A DNA stretch of 48,284 bases from an uncultured Oscillospiraceae bacterium (GCA_964465385.1 CAYXIM010000002.1:1-48284), one strand, 5' to 3'; shown: positions 37,337-46,919, counted from the stretch's first letter. A program made the numbers and translations. Notes: a model not told the origin generated them from the letters alone.

Positions 37337-38074
37337 TCAGGGCAGGTGGACGATGGCCTGGTGGGTGTCCAGGTCAGCAGCCTGAGCCGGGCGGTCGATC
37401 AAAAAGCCGCCTTCGGGTGAAACCAGTTTCAGCTTAACCGGGCTGTAGATATCCTGGAAGCTGCCGGAATCAATCGAAAGCACGTCGGCCCGTTTCTCAC
37501 ACAGGGCCTTGAAGAAAGCAACCACCTCATCTTCAGCGATGCTTTCGCCGGTTGCAACCATGTAATAATCGTTTTTGTTGTGCCAGACAGACACATCCCG
37601 GTCAATGTCAAGGGCAAAGGGGGCCAGCTGCGGCAAGGCGTCAAGCATTTGCTGGCGCACGCTGTTGCGGCGCATGACCACCGGCACGCTGATCCCTGCC
37701 GCCAGCACAATCAAAGCCAGTGCGATCAGGGCGATGCGCAGTTTGATTCCTTTGGGCAAGCGAACGTCAGGCAGGTTTTCAGGTTCTGTAAACTCGAAGG
37801 TCGGCGGCGGCGGTGGTTTTGGCTTGGCCTTTTGTGCGGCAGGCTGGGCTTTTTTCCGGCTGGCCTGGCCACGTTGGTTGGGCTGCAGGCTGGGGCCTTC
37901 ATATTTGGGTTGCGGTTCGTTGGGAAAGGTGTGCCCGTCTGGGTTTTGGGCGATGGCGATGGCCTGCTCGCTGTCAAAGACTGCGTCACAAAAGAGGCAG
38001 TGGCTCTGTTCGTTTTTCGAACCGACGTAAACAATCGATCCGCAGTTGGGGCATCGCCCTTCTTGATGTGCCAT
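37337..38074 (-). CDS. zinc-ribbon, single-pass membrane protein with an uncharacterised extracytoplasmic domain of about 110 aa
   Basis: MAHQEGRCPNCGS...HCLFCDAVF (CxxC...CxxC), a Pro/Lys/Gln-rich linker with PPPPP, TM IALIALALIVLAAGISVPVV, then a C-terminal domain. Start at the internal ATG 38074 of ORF 37337..38263. Confidence 0.7.
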   Translation of the reverse strand: MAHQEGRCPNCGSIVYVGSKNEQSHCLFCDAVFDSEQAIAIAQNPDGHTFPNEPQPKYEGPSLQPNQRGQASRKKAQPAAQKAKPKPPPPPTFEFTEPENLPDVRLPKGIKLRIALIALALIVLAAGISVPVVMRRNSVRQQMLDALPQLAPFALDIDRDVSVWHNKNDYYMVATGESIAEDEVVAFFKALCEKRADVLSIDSGSFQDIYSPVKLKLVSPEGGFLIDRPAQAADLDTHQAIVHLP

Positions 38075-38196
38075 ATAAATAAAGACCTTCCTATAAACGG
38101 CTCGCCGGCTGGCAGGCCGTCCCGATCCGGTGAATGTGTGTGCTGTACGATATGTTATTATAGAATGAAAAGACGCCGCTGGCAAGGAGGAAGCCC

Positions 38197-39459
38197 ATGA
38201 CGGATCAGGCGCAGACAGGAAGCAAGCCCACCCAGGCAGCAGGCTGCGGACAGCCTGTCCCACAGGCTGACAAGCTCAGCTTGGCCGAACGGTTCATGGC
38301 CTGCTTTGGCCCTGCTGACACGCTGCGCTTTTTCCGGGCCCCTGGCCGGGTTGAACTGGCCGGCAACCACACTGATCACCAGAATGGGCGGGTGCTGTGT
38401 GCGGCCATCCGCTGTGACCTCAGAGCTGCTGCCGCAGCCAATCACCTGCCGGTCATCCGCCTCTATTCAGCGGGTTTTCCCGAACCTTTTCACCTGAACC
38501 TGTCCGATTTAACCCCAAAAGCGGAAGAGCAAGGCCAGACCCTGGCCCTCATCCGTGGTATTGCCGCCGGTTTTAATCGCCTGCGGCCCTTGTCTGGCCT
38601 GGACATCTATGTTGCCAGTTCCCTCCCCGTTGGTTCCGGCCTGAGTTCTTCTGCTGCTTTTGAGGTGCTCCTGGCCACCGTCTTTGACGCATTCAGCGGC
38701 CAACCTTCCTTGACACCCCTGCAAAAAGCTCAGCTCGCCCAAGAGGCTGAGCAAGACTATTTTGGAAAACCCTCGGGCCTGATGGATCAGGCTGCCAGCA
38801 CGCTGGGCGGTTTGTTGCTTTTGGATTTCGCCAACCCCGATCAGCCACAAATCCGGCGGCTGGCCGGTGCTTGGGAAAGCTGGGGCTATGCCCTGCTGGT
38901 GACCGATACGGCAAGCAGCCACCAACAACTGACAGCCGCATACGCTGACGTGGCCCGGGACATGCGGTCGGTCGCCCGCCTGTGCGGCGCCCGGGTGCTA
39001 GGCCAGGTGGACCCCCAGCTTTTCCACGCGCGCCTGCCAGCCTTGCGCCCACACTGCTCAGACCGAGCCCTGCTGCGGGCCATGCATTTTTTTGGCGAGC
39101 AGGAACGGGTCCAGCAGTTGGCGGCAGCGCTGGAAGCCGGTGACCAGGCCACTTTTTTCAAGACCGTGCGCGCCGCCGATTTCAGCTCGCGTGCGCTCTT
39201 GCAAAACCTCTTTGCGACGGACGATCCGCTCAAGCAGCCTTTGTCGCTGGCCTTGGCCTGGTCAGATCACCTGCTGGCAGGATCTGGCGCCAGCCGGGTT
39301 CACGGCGGTGGTTTCGGGGGCACCATACAGGCCTATGTCCCCTTGCAGCGCCTGCCTGACTATCAAAAAGGCATGGAAGCGGTCTTCGGGCCGGGTGCCT
39401 GCAGGCGCATCCAGATCAGTGACTTGGGGGCCGGGCCGCTTGAAGGAGCACTGGCATGA
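38197..39459 (+). CDS. GHMP kinase, galactokinase family (atypical signature)
   Basis: FRAPGRVELAGNHTDHQNGRVL (GalK-signature-like) and GHMP motif PVGSGLSSSAAFEV. Strong AAGGAGGAAGCCC RBS. Confidence 0.8.
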   Translation: MTDQAQTGSKPTQAAGCGQPVPQADKLSLAERFMACFGPADTLRFFRAPGRVELAGNHTDHQNGRVLCAAIRCDLRAAAAANHLPVIRLYSAGFPEPFHLNLSDLTPKAEEQGQTLALIRGIAAGFNRLRPLSGLDIYVASSLPVGSGLSSSAAFEVLLATVFDAFSGQPSLTPLQKAQLAQEAEQDYFGKPSGLMDQAASTLGGLLLLDFANPDQPQIRRLAGAWESWGYALLVTDTASSHQQLTAAYADVARDMRSVARLCGARVLGQVDPQLFHARLPALRPHCSDRALLRAMHFFGEQERVQQLAAALEAGDQATFFKTVRAADFSSRALLQNLFATDDPLKQPLSLALAWSDHLLAGSGASRVHGGGFGGTIQAYVPLQRLPDYQKGMEAVFGPGACRRIQISDLGAGPLEGALA

Positions 39460-39935
39460 CCCCTTTTACCATGTGGATGAACCAGGCCCTGCGGCTGGCG
39501 CATATTGCCGGCCAAATTGACGAAGTGCCTGTTGGGGCCCTGGTTGTCCGGGGTGGCCACATCATTGGCTGGGGCTATAACCGACGGGAAAAGCGACAAG
39601 ATGTCACCTGTCATGCGGAACTGATGGCCATCCGTCAAGCCTGCCGCCGTCTCAAAACCTGGCGGCTTGACGGCTGTGACCTTTACGTCACTTTAGAACC
39701 CTGTGTCATGTGCGCCGGTGCCATCCAGCAGGCCCGCATCCGGACCCTGGTCTACGGGGCGCCCGATCCCAAAACGGGTGCCTGTGGTTCTGTTGTGGAT
39801 GTTTTCTCGCTGCCTTCCAACCACCAGGTGCTTGTCCAGGGCGGGGTGTTATCCGGGCCCTGTGGCGATCTCCTGCGCGCATTTTTTAAAAAGAAGCGTC
39901 GCAGCCCACGCGCCTGCTCCCAAGATCACCCCTGA
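39456..39935 (+). CDS. tadA: tRNA adenosine(34) deaminase
   Basis: CHAELMAIRQA and PCVMCAGAI zinc-binding motifs. Start overlaps the kinase stop. Confidence 0.93.
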   Translation: MTPFTMWMNQALRLAHIAGQIDEVPVGALVVRGGHIIGWGYNRREKRQDVTCHAELMAIRQACRRLKTWRLDGCDLYVTLEPCVMCAGAIQQARIRTLVYGAPDPKTGACGSVVDVFSLPSNHQVLVQGGVLSGPCGDLLRAFFKKKRRSPRACSQDHP

Positions 39936-40660
39936 TCTGAAACGCCCGTTGCGCCTTCTTGCCGTTTGGGGGTGTCGCAAGCAAGCGGAATTCGAAAGAC
40001 CCGCGCTTGAAGCAGGGCCAGGGCCAAGATAGCCAACCCCGGGATTAAGATCAGCCCGATGTGGCCAGGCCCTGCTCCCAGGATTAAAATCAGCTGGTAA
40101 GACAAGACCACCCCCAGAAAAAAAGCCAGCCAGCGCAAGGACCAGAAGGCAACCCTTTTCCAATTGCCCAAGGCTAATTGGATGCCGATATCAGTCGTGG
40201 GGCCAGTTAAGTGGGTGGTCCGCTTGATGGCGGTCAGGCTGCTCGCCGCATTTTGAGCCCCCATGGCCATGGGAATGGTGATCAAGGCGCCGTTGATGTG
40301 CTTTAAAAAAGCCAGGAGCGGGGTCAACAAAACCAAAAGGCCGGTTAAGGCCAGGCCTCCCTGCAGGCCACGGTTACGGGTGATCCAGGTGGACAGCACG
40401 GCGCCCACAAGAAAGGCGGCCAGAATAAGAACCAGGTCCCGGACCAAGCCGGCGTTCTGGTCAATGAGTGCCTTGCCCAGCCTGACCACCCGGCCGGTCA
40501 GAAAAGGGGCGCTTTCATCCATGAAATAGGCCACCCCCAGGGTATCCACCCAGCCGGCCATCAAGGCCAGGCAAAAGCCCAGGATATGTACGGCTGTGCC
40601 ACGGTTTTGAGGGGTGTTCTGCGGGTGGGCCCGCTCTTTTTTTGCTTGTCCGCAAGCCAT
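39926..40660 (-). CDS. YoaK/DUF1275 family membrane protein
   Basis: Multi-TM protein with the ILGFCLALMAGWVDTLG start typical of DUF1275. The ATG at 40660 lies 2 nt after the stop of the last mrp gene. Confidence 0.7.
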   Translation of the reverse strand: MACGQAKKERAHPQNTPQNRGTAVHILGFCLALMAGWVDTLGVAYFMDESAPFLTGRVVRLGKALIDQNAGLVRDLVLILAAFLVGAVLSTWITRNRGLQGGLALTGLLVLLTPLLAFLKHINGALITIPMAMGAQNAASSLTAIKRTTHLTGPTTDIGIQLALGNWKRVAFWSLRWLAFFLGVVLSYQLILILGAGPGHIGLILIPGLAILALALLQARVFRIPLACDTPKRQEGATGVSDQG

Positions 40661-40662
40661 CG

Positions 40663-42549
40663 TCAGGTCCCCAGCAGGTGGAAGTCCGTAAAGACATACC
40701 AGGCGATCAGGAAAATCAGGGTGATGATGACCACGGCCACATCCGCGCCAATTCCCCTTGTCTCACCGCTTGCGGCGCTGGCTGGTGATCGCCGGCCGGC
40801 CAGCCAGGCACCGATCCTTTCTCTGGTGCCCATGGCCAATCCTGTGATCCGCTGTTTTGTGCCGTCCAGCCAATGGGTGGTGCTTTGAAGCGCGACCGCC
40901 CGCCTGTTCTCCCGGACCCGTACTGGTTTTGACGCCAAGGCACCGGTGCGCAGCAGCAACACATACAACAAGAACCCAGCCAGCAACGTGACAAGGGCAC
41001 TGGCCAGATCCGCACCTGTCCAGAACAGCTGCCTGGCTTCCAGGACAAGGGGTTGCCAGCCCATCTGGACAGCCAGCGGGTTCAAAACCCCTTGCAAGAG
41101 CCACTGAGGCTGGGTGCCCAGCCCGATCAGCGCAAACACCAGCAAGACCAAGGCCAGGTGAAGGGCAGACGCGTTTTGTCTGGGGGCCGGGTCTGTGTGA
41201 ACCGGTCCCAGAAAGAGGCGCGCCAGCAGCTTGGAGAAAGTCGCTGCCGTGCCAACACCGGCCACCAGGAACAGGCGTTCCACCCAAACCAGCCAAGCGG
41301 GGCCGGCGCCGGCTGCTTCAGAGACCGCATGGTGCAGGATCGTTTTGCTGGCGTAACCGTTCAAGCCCGGGGTCCCCATCATGGCCAGGGCGGCCACCAG
41401 CATCAGCAAGGCCGTGATCGGGAAGCGGCGCCTGAGGCCGCCCAGCTGGGACAAATCGGTCTTGCCAGTGGCCAGGATCACGATGCCCACCCCCAAAAAG
41501 AGTGCCCCCTTGAACAGGGCGTGGTTAACCATGTGGTAGACGGCTCCCAGGAAAGCCAGGTTTCCTTTGGTCCCTTGCAAAAGAGCCAGGCCGATGCCCA
41601 AGACAATGTAACCCATCTGGCTGATGCTGGAATAAGCCAACATTTTTTTGATTTTATCTTCAAACAGCGCAGCGCCCGCACCGGCCAGCATGCTGACCAG
41701 GCCCAGGATAATCAAGAGGGTGCCCAAGTGGCGGGCATGTGCTGCCAGGGCAGGCTGATCGGGTCCCAGGAGGTTGCTGACGCGAAGCAAGCCATAGGCG
41801 CCAACCTTAATGACCAGGCCTGAAAGCAGGGCGCTGGCCGGTGTGGGGGCCGCCGCATGGGCGTGTGGCAGCCAGAAATGCAGTGGCATCAGACCGGCCT
41901 TGATACCAAAGCCAGCCAGCAAGAGATACAGGCTGACCCTGAAATGGGTCTGGCTGACGACGGCCACCGGGCCAGCTCCAAGGGCTGGCAGGCCGCCGGC
42001 TGCCTGCCCCAGAAACACCAGTCCCAGGGCCAGAAGCAAGCCGCCCATGATGCTGAAGAACAGGTAAAAATAACCTGCGCGGATGCTTTCATCATCCCAG
42101 TGGTGGATCACCCAGAAGTAGGAGGCCACCGTCATCAGCTCGAAAAACAAAAGCAAGGTCAGCCAGTCGCCCGCCAGGAAAACACCGGCGACAGCGGCCA
42201 GGGTCAACAAACTTGCACCTTCAAAGCGTCGGGCATGGGGGTCATGTTGGCCGGTGCGGGTGCTGTAAATGGACAGGACAAACCACAAGCAGACCGCCAG
42301 GAAGACCAACAGCCCAGACAAGCCGTCCAGGCGAAAAGTGGGTGTAAACGGCCCAGGCAAAGCAAGATGAACCGTTTGGGGTCCTCGCACCAAGGCGCTT
42401 TGCAAGGCAAAGCCACTGGCAACCAGGCTGGCGGCGTAGACCAAAGGTGGCAGCCAGGTCAGGCGACGCCGGGTCACCAGCCCAGGCAGCAGGCCCAGAA
42501 GAGGGATAAGGGGGATCAGGTAAAACAACATGCTATCGATCACCTTCAT
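40663..42549 (-). CDS. NuoL/MrpA-like proton-conducting antiporter subunit (628 aa, no fused MrpB domain)
   Basis: DWLTLLLFFELMTVASYFWV, HFWLPHAHAAAPTPASALLSGLVIKVGAYG, and a C-terminal amphipathic stretch plus a final TM. Start at the ATG 42549, overlapping the upstream stop (ATGA). The first 92 codons of ORF 40663..42825 are discounted. Confidence 0.85.
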   Translation of the reverse strand: MKVIDSMLFYLIPLIPLLGLLPGLVTRRRLTWLPPLVYAASLVASGFALQSALVRGPQTVHLALPGPFTPTFRLDGLSGLLVFLAVCLWFVLSIYSTRTGQHDPHARRFEGASLLTLAAVAGVFLAGDWLTLLLFFELMTVASYFWVIHHWDDESIRAGYFYLFFSIMGGLLLALGLVFLGQAAGGLPALGAGPVAVVSQTHFRVSLYLLLAGFGIKAGLMPLHFWLPHAHAAAPTPASALLSGLVIKVGAYGLLRVSNLLGPDQPALAAHARHLGTLLIILGLVSMLAGAGAALFEDKIKKMLAYSSISQMGYIVLGIGLALLQGTKGNLAFLGAVYHMVNHALFKGALFLGVGIVILATGKTDLSQLGGLRRRFPITALLMLVAALAMMGTPGLNGYASKTILHHAVSEAAGAGPAWLVWVERLFLVAGVGTAATFSKLLARLFLGPVHTDPAPRQNASALHLALVLLVFALIGLGTQPQWLLQGVLNPLAVQMGWQPLVLEARQLFWTGADLASALVTLLAGFLLYVLLLRTGALASKPVRVRENRRAVALQSTTHWLDGTKQRITGLAMGTRERIGAWLAGRRSPASAASGETRGIGADVAVVIITLIFLIAWYVFTDFHLLGT

Positions 42550-43991
42550 GAGAAAAATTGATGTACAACGGCCTGGACCCCCGGCCAAACCAGGCCCGGG
42601 ACCAACCCAATTGACACAGCGGCCAGAACCAGAAGAAGTGTGGGCACCAGCATCCAGAGCAACCCACCGCCCCGCTCGACAGACGGACGCGGCTCTCCCT
42701 GAAAGCCGGCCACCACGGTGGGCAGGAAACAAACCGCATTGACCATGCCGGAGATGACCAAGGACAGGGCAAAGACCCAGCCGCCTGAACGGACACCACC
42801 GCTCATCAGGAAGTATTTGCTCCAAAAAGTACTCAGCGGCAGCATGCCGATCATACCCAGGCTGGCCACCGCAAAGGCAACCAACGTCCGGGGCAGGGAG
42901 CGGCCCACACCGGTCATACGGCTGACCAGCGTCTCGCCGGTCTGTTCAGAGATGATGCCGGCACAGAAGAAGAGGGCCATCTTGAGCATGGAGTAGCTGA
43001 TCAGGTGCAGGACTGCACCGGTCAGGCCCCAGGGTTGCAGGAGAAAGACGCCCAACAGGATGTAAGACAGTTGGCTGATGGTGTGGTAGGCCAGCCTTTT
43101 TTTCAAGACGTCCTGCCGGGTCGCCAAGACGACACCGGTGATCAAGGTCACCACAGCAAGCCAGGGTAAAACCGCACTCAAGGGCAAGGTCTTCATCAGG
43201 TCTGGCCCAAAAACAGAATAAACCGTTCGCATGATGCCATAGACGCCGGAATAGACCACCGCAACGGCATGCAAGAGGGCGCTGACCGGTGTGGGCGCCA
43301 CCATGGCTTCAGGCAGCCAGCGATGCAGGGGCATCAGGGCTGCCTTGACCCCAAAGCCCAAAACAAAAAGGCCCAAAAGCAAATTGAGGCCCGGGCCGGA
43401 ACTGCCGGCCAAAAGCGGGCCATCCCGGAAGGGAGCAGCGCCCACCCGGCTGAAGGTCAGAACCAGGGCAAGCAGCAGGACACCTGCGCCGCTCAAGCTG
43501 TAGAGGATGTATTGTTTGCCAGCCCGGACAGTTTTGGGTCCACCTTCATGGACCACCAGCGGGTAGGTCACCAGGGTCAGCAACTCGTAAAAGACATACA
43601 AGACCATGAGGTTACCCGAATAGGCGACCCCCAGAGTCACCGTCAAAGACATGAGAAAAAAGGTGTAGTAGGTCTTTTGCCGGGGCTTGTTTTTCATATA
43701 GCCCAGGGAATAGACCGCGGCAAAAACCCACAAGGTCGAAACGATCAGGCCAAAGACGGCGCTGAGCGGGTCAGGGTCCAGGCTCCAAGTGAAACCGGCC
43801 AGCTGACCAGCCAGGCGGATGCGGGAGCCGCCAAAAATCGCCAAGGCCAGGCGCCAGCCAAAGATCAGGCTCAAACCAGCAGACAAAAGCACCAGCGGGG
43901 GGCGCAGGCGCCTGTGCCGTTCTGGCAGAAGCGCCAGCAGCAGGCCACCCGTGCAGCCACTGACCAATGTGATCATCAAATCAAGCATCAA
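42546..43991 (-). CDS. MrpD/NuoN-like cation:proton antiporter subunit D
   Basis: NLMVLYVFYELLTLVTYPLV and HRWLPEAMVAPTPVSALLHAVAVVYSGVYG. Confidence 0.88.
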   Translation of the reverse strand: MMLDLMITLVSGCTGGLLLALLPERHRRLRPPLVLLSAGLSLIFGWRLALAIFGGSRIRLAGQLAGFTWSLDPDPLSAVFGLIVSTLWVFAAVYSLGYMKNKPRQKTYYTFFLMSLTVTLGVAYSGNLMVLYVFYELLTLVTYPLVVHEGGPKTVRAGKQYILYSLSGAGVLLLALVLTFSRVGAAPFRDGPLLAGSSGPGLNLLLGLFVLGFGVKAALMPLHRWLPEAMVAPTPVSALLHAVAVVYSGVYGIMRTVYSVFGPDLMKTLPLSAVLPWLAVVTLITGVVLATRQDVLKKRLAYHTISQLSYILLGVFLLQPWGLTGAVLHLISYSMLKMALFFCAGIISEQTGETLVSRMTGVGRSLPRTLVAFAVASLGMIGMLPLSTFWSKYFLMSGGVRSGGWVFALSLVISGMVNAVCFLPTVVAGFQGEPRPSVERGGGLLWMLVPTLLLVLAAVSIGLVPGLVWPGVQAVVHQFFS

Positions 43992-44042
43992 CGACAGACC
44001 GTTCCTTTCACCAAACGCCCGGCCAAGCCGGGCAACTGCTCC

Positions 44043-45536
44043 TTAGCGACCGGCCAGCAGATCCACAGCCGCACGTTGGGCAAGCTCCAGAAAAACACCA
44101 GGAAAAACACCCAGAAGGATGATCATGGCAGACAAGAAAACCAGCGCCACCCGCTGAGGCAGGCCCGGGTCTTGGCCGGCCTGACCCGGCTGCGGCTCAC
44201 TGTAAAGGATGCGAACCACCGGCAGCAAATAGGCCGCACACAAGAGGCTGCCCAGAACCAGAACAAGCAGCGTCAACGGTTGTCCTGCCGCCAGGCCGCC
44301 CAGCAAAAGGCGCCATTTGCCGACAAAGCCTGAAAAGAGGGGGATGCCAATCAGGCTCAGGCTGCTGATGGTAAACGCCGCAGCAGCCACGGGCATGGTG
44401 CGTCCCAGACCGGCCAGGTCAGCCACCTTCTTTTTGCCAGATACAGCCAGAAGGGCACCGGCAGATAAAAACAAGACAGCCTTGCTGAGGGCATGGCTGA
44501 GCAGGTAAAAAAGCCCGCCGGTTAAACCGTCCAGGTTCATCATGCCCAAGCCCAGGAAAATGTAACCAACCTGGGCGACCGTTGAATAGGCCAGGCGGCG
44601 TTTAAGCTCCTGCTGGCACAGAGCCGAAACCGATCCCGCCAGGATGGCGATGCTGCCGGCGGCCAGCAGAATGTGGTGGACGGTGTAATGCTGCATGAGG
44701 GTCTGGCCAAAAACAGTGTACAAAACCTTGAGCAGGCAGAGCATGTAACCTTTGACAGCCAGGCCGGACAAGATGGCACTGGCCGGCGTGGGTGCTGACG
44801 AGTGGGCATCAGGCAGCCAGATGTGCAGGGGAAAAAGAGCTGACTTGACCCCGAAACCAGCCAGCATCAGGCTGAAAGCCATCCAGATAACCCGTGGCCG
44901 CTCCTGCCAGATTCGAGCCAGCTCAGCGGACGCAAAACCGATATTGAGGTGTCCGGTGACCAGATACACGTATCCGATGCCCCACAAGACAAAAGTCGAA
45001 CCGATTGTTGCCAAAATCAGGTAACGAAAAGCGGCATCAGCGGCCAGGGGGTGTTTTCGGGCGCTGACCAGCCCGCAACAGCTGAGTGTGGCCACTTCAA
45101 CAAGCACAAAGATGTTAAAGAGGTCTTTGGTGAAAGCCATGCCGACCAGGGCGCCAACCAGCAACAGGTAGAGAACATGAAAGCGGGTCACCCGGCCTGC
45201 ATCCCCCACCTCCTCAGACAGGTTGTTGACCGAAAACAAGGAAACCGGCAGGCTGACCAGTGCAATGGCCAACAAAAAAAAGGCACTCAGCGGGCCGGCT
45301 TCCAGGGCGATGCCCCAAGGCGGCGCCCAGCCACCCATGTGGTAAACCAAAGGGCTCCGGTCACCGGTCATCAGCCATGCGGCCAGCAGGCCGGCTCCTG
45401 CAGCCAGCAAGACACCTGAAGCCACCACCAGGCCTTCGACCAGGCGGATCCGGCGTGCCAGTGGCGTCAGGATAAAAGCAGTCACCAGGGGCAGCAAAAC
45501 AAGCAGTGCCGGGCTGTGTTCATACCAGGCCATCAT
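44043..45536 (-). CDS. MrpD/NuoM-like cation:proton antiporter subunit D
   Basis: DLFNIFVLVEVATLSCCGLV and HIWLPDAHSSAPTPASAILSGLAVKGYM. Confidence 0.88.
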   Translation of the reverse strand: MMAWYEHSPALLVLLPLVTAFILTPLARRIRLVEGLVVASGVLLAAGAGLLAAWLMTGDRSPLVYHMGGWAPPWGIALEAGPLSAFFLLAIALVSLPVSLFSVNNLSEEVGDAGRVTRFHVLYLLLVGALVGMAFTKDLFNIFVLVEVATLSCCGLVSARKHPLAADAAFRYLILATIGSTFVLWGIGYVYLVTGHLNIGFASAELARIWQERPRVIWMAFSLMLAGFGVKSALFPLHIWLPDAHSSAPTPASAILSGLAVKGYMLCLLKVLYTVFGQTLMQHYTVHHILLAAGSIAILAGSVSALCQQELKRRLAYSTVAQVGYIFLGLGMMNLDGLTGGLFYLLSHALSKAVLFLSAGALLAVSGKKKVADLAGLGRTMPVAAAAFTISSLSLIGIPLFSGFVGKWRLLLGGLAAGQPLTLLVLVLGSLLCAAYLLPVVRILYSEPQPGQAGQDPGLPQRVALVFLSAMIILLGVFPGVFLELAQRAAVDLLAGR

Positions 45537-45916
45537 AGGTCCTGTGCCCTCCTTTTCAGATCAACCATCTTGCGGCTGTCAGTGGTGTGGTAGGTCCGGT
45601 AAAGGCGCACGATCAAAGACAGGGCAAACGCCGTCACACTGACGGAGACCACGATGCCGGTCAGCATCAAGGCTGAGGGCAGCGGGTTGATCACCAGTGG
45701 CTGCGGGTCACGATCATGCAAAATCGGGACAGATGCCCGCCGGATGTTGCCAGCCGCCACAAAGAAAATAAAGACCGCGCTTTCCATGATGTTGATACCA
45801 ATCAGTTTTTTGAACAGGTTTGAGCGAGTCAAAACTGTCAAGATACCGATCGAAAACAAGACAACAGCAAACAAGTAGGGGTAGTTGATGATGAGTTTTT
45901 CAAGCACCTCTTTCAT
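45533..45916 (-). CDS. cation:proton antiporter subunit C (NuoK-like)
   Basis: 127 aa, three TM segments, LIGINIMESAVFIFFVAAG is MnhC-like. Stop-start overlaps on both sides. Confidence 0.85.
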   Translation of the reverse strand: MKEVLEKLIINYPYLFAVVLFSIGILTVLTRSNLFKKLIGINIMESAVFIFFVAAGNIRRASVPILHDRDPQPLVINPLPSALMLTGIVVSVSVTAFALSLIVRLYRTYHTTDSRKMVDLKRRAQDL

Positions 45917-46356
45917 GATGCATCTTCCTCCGATTCATACTCTTCCATCATGGTAAAAAACAAGGTCACGATGGTGCTGGCCACACGGATGCCGACGCCA
46001 GCCCCCAATAGAGCGATCAGGCCTCCTGAAAAAAGGCTGCCTGGTTGTCCGAGTGGCAGGCCCGCCAGTTTGTTGGCCAGGAAAGGAACCCCCTTGATAA
46101 CACCAATCAAGCCCAGCAGGGCATACCAGAGGGTGCCGTAACTTTCGGTCCAGACCAGCACGCGCTCAGGCAGTTTTTCACGGCCTTCTTCCAAGCCGTA
46201 GATGGTTGAAAAGGTAACCAGGCTCAAACCGACGATGATACCTCCGGCAAAAGATCCTCCCGGCGAAACAGCCCCATGCAGGATAACGTAAAAGCCATAC
46301 AAAGAGACAAAAGGCAAAAAGACAGCAGCGGTTTTTTTGAGGACATGGTCCTTCAT
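45913..46356 (-). CDS. Na+/H+ antiporter subunit B (MnhB domain)
   Basis: 147 aa, four TM segments, HGAVSPGGSFAGGIIVGL is typical of MnhB. Confidence 0.8.
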   Translation of the reverse strand: MKDHVLKKTAAVFLPFVSLYGFYVILHGAVSPGGSFAGGIIVGLSLVTFSTIYGLEEGREKLPERVLVWTESYGTLWYALLGLIGVIKGVPFLANKLAGLPLGQPGSLFSGGLIALLGAGVGIRVASTIVTLFFTMMEEYESEEDAS

Positions 46357-46664
46357 GGTTTTCCTCCTCGCTTTTTAGACGTTTTCAAGGTGATCACCAC
46401 GGCCAGGGTTGCAGTGAAAAGCACGATGGTTTCAAACATGGTGTCATAAGCCCGGTAGTCCAGAACAACCGCTGTGACCATGTTGGTTGCCCCTGTTTCC
46501 GGCAAAGCCTGGCTGATGTAGCGTGCTGAAACCTCGTTGTGAACCGGGTTATCCGCCCGCCCATAGGGGGGCAGTTCCGCCACCACTTCCAGGACACCCA
46601 CCACAGCCAGCACAACCAGCAGGCCAACCAGGGCTTTTTTTAAGATCCGATGGCTCTTTTTCAC
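46353..46664 (-). CDS. MnhB-related small subunit (MbhE-like)
   Basis: TGATNMVTAVVLDYRAYDTMFETIVLFTA is the conserved MnhB-related motif. Confidence 0.75.
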   Translation of the reverse strand: MKKSHRILKKALVGLLVVLAVVGVLEVVAELPPYGRADNPVHNEVSARYISQALPETGATNMVTAVVLDYRAYDTMFETIVLFTATLAVVITLKTSKKRGGKP

Positions 46665-46915
46665 TCGTCTTCCTTTCTGCTGGTCCGGAAAATGGCCACC
46701 ATCATCAAGATGGTCATCACAATACCGGCCGCCGCTTCTGTGATCGCCAGATCAGGGCTGTTCATCAAAAGCCAGATCAAGGCAACCACCAGGGTGTAAG
46801 CCCCAAACACGATGACTGCATGCAGGAGGTCCTTGATCCAATACATGGCCAACGAAGCGGCCACCAGGACCAGCATGAGCACCATCATCCAGTAATCTGT
46901 TGCGATAAAATCCAT
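46661..46915 (-). CDS. DUF4040 protein (MbhD-like, corresponds to part of the MrpA C-terminus)
   Basis: 84 aa, three TM segments, NSPDLAITEAAAG is typical of DUF4040. Confidence 0.7.
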   Translation of the reverse strand: MDFIATDYWMMVLMLVLVAASLAMYWIKDLLHAVIVFGAYTLVVALIWLLMNSPDLAITEAAAGIVMTILMMVAIFRTSRKEDE

Positions 46916-46919
46916 TCCC

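Noticed and set aside
42550-42825. 5' extensions of tracked ORFs (40663..42825, 15048..16559, 37337..38263, 26781..27452, 10383..10886, 32348..33361, 31937..32299).
   Set aside because: The extensions overlap upstream genes or promoters, lack an RBS and encode non-conserved sequence. Internal starts with good RBS match the family N-termini.
43992-44042. GC hairpin GCCCGGCttgGCCGGGC in the 51-nt gap between the two MrpD-like genes, considered as an internal terminator.
   Set aside because: No T-run follows it and the flanking genes are clearly one operon. At most it is an mRNA-stability or processing element, with too little evidence to call.
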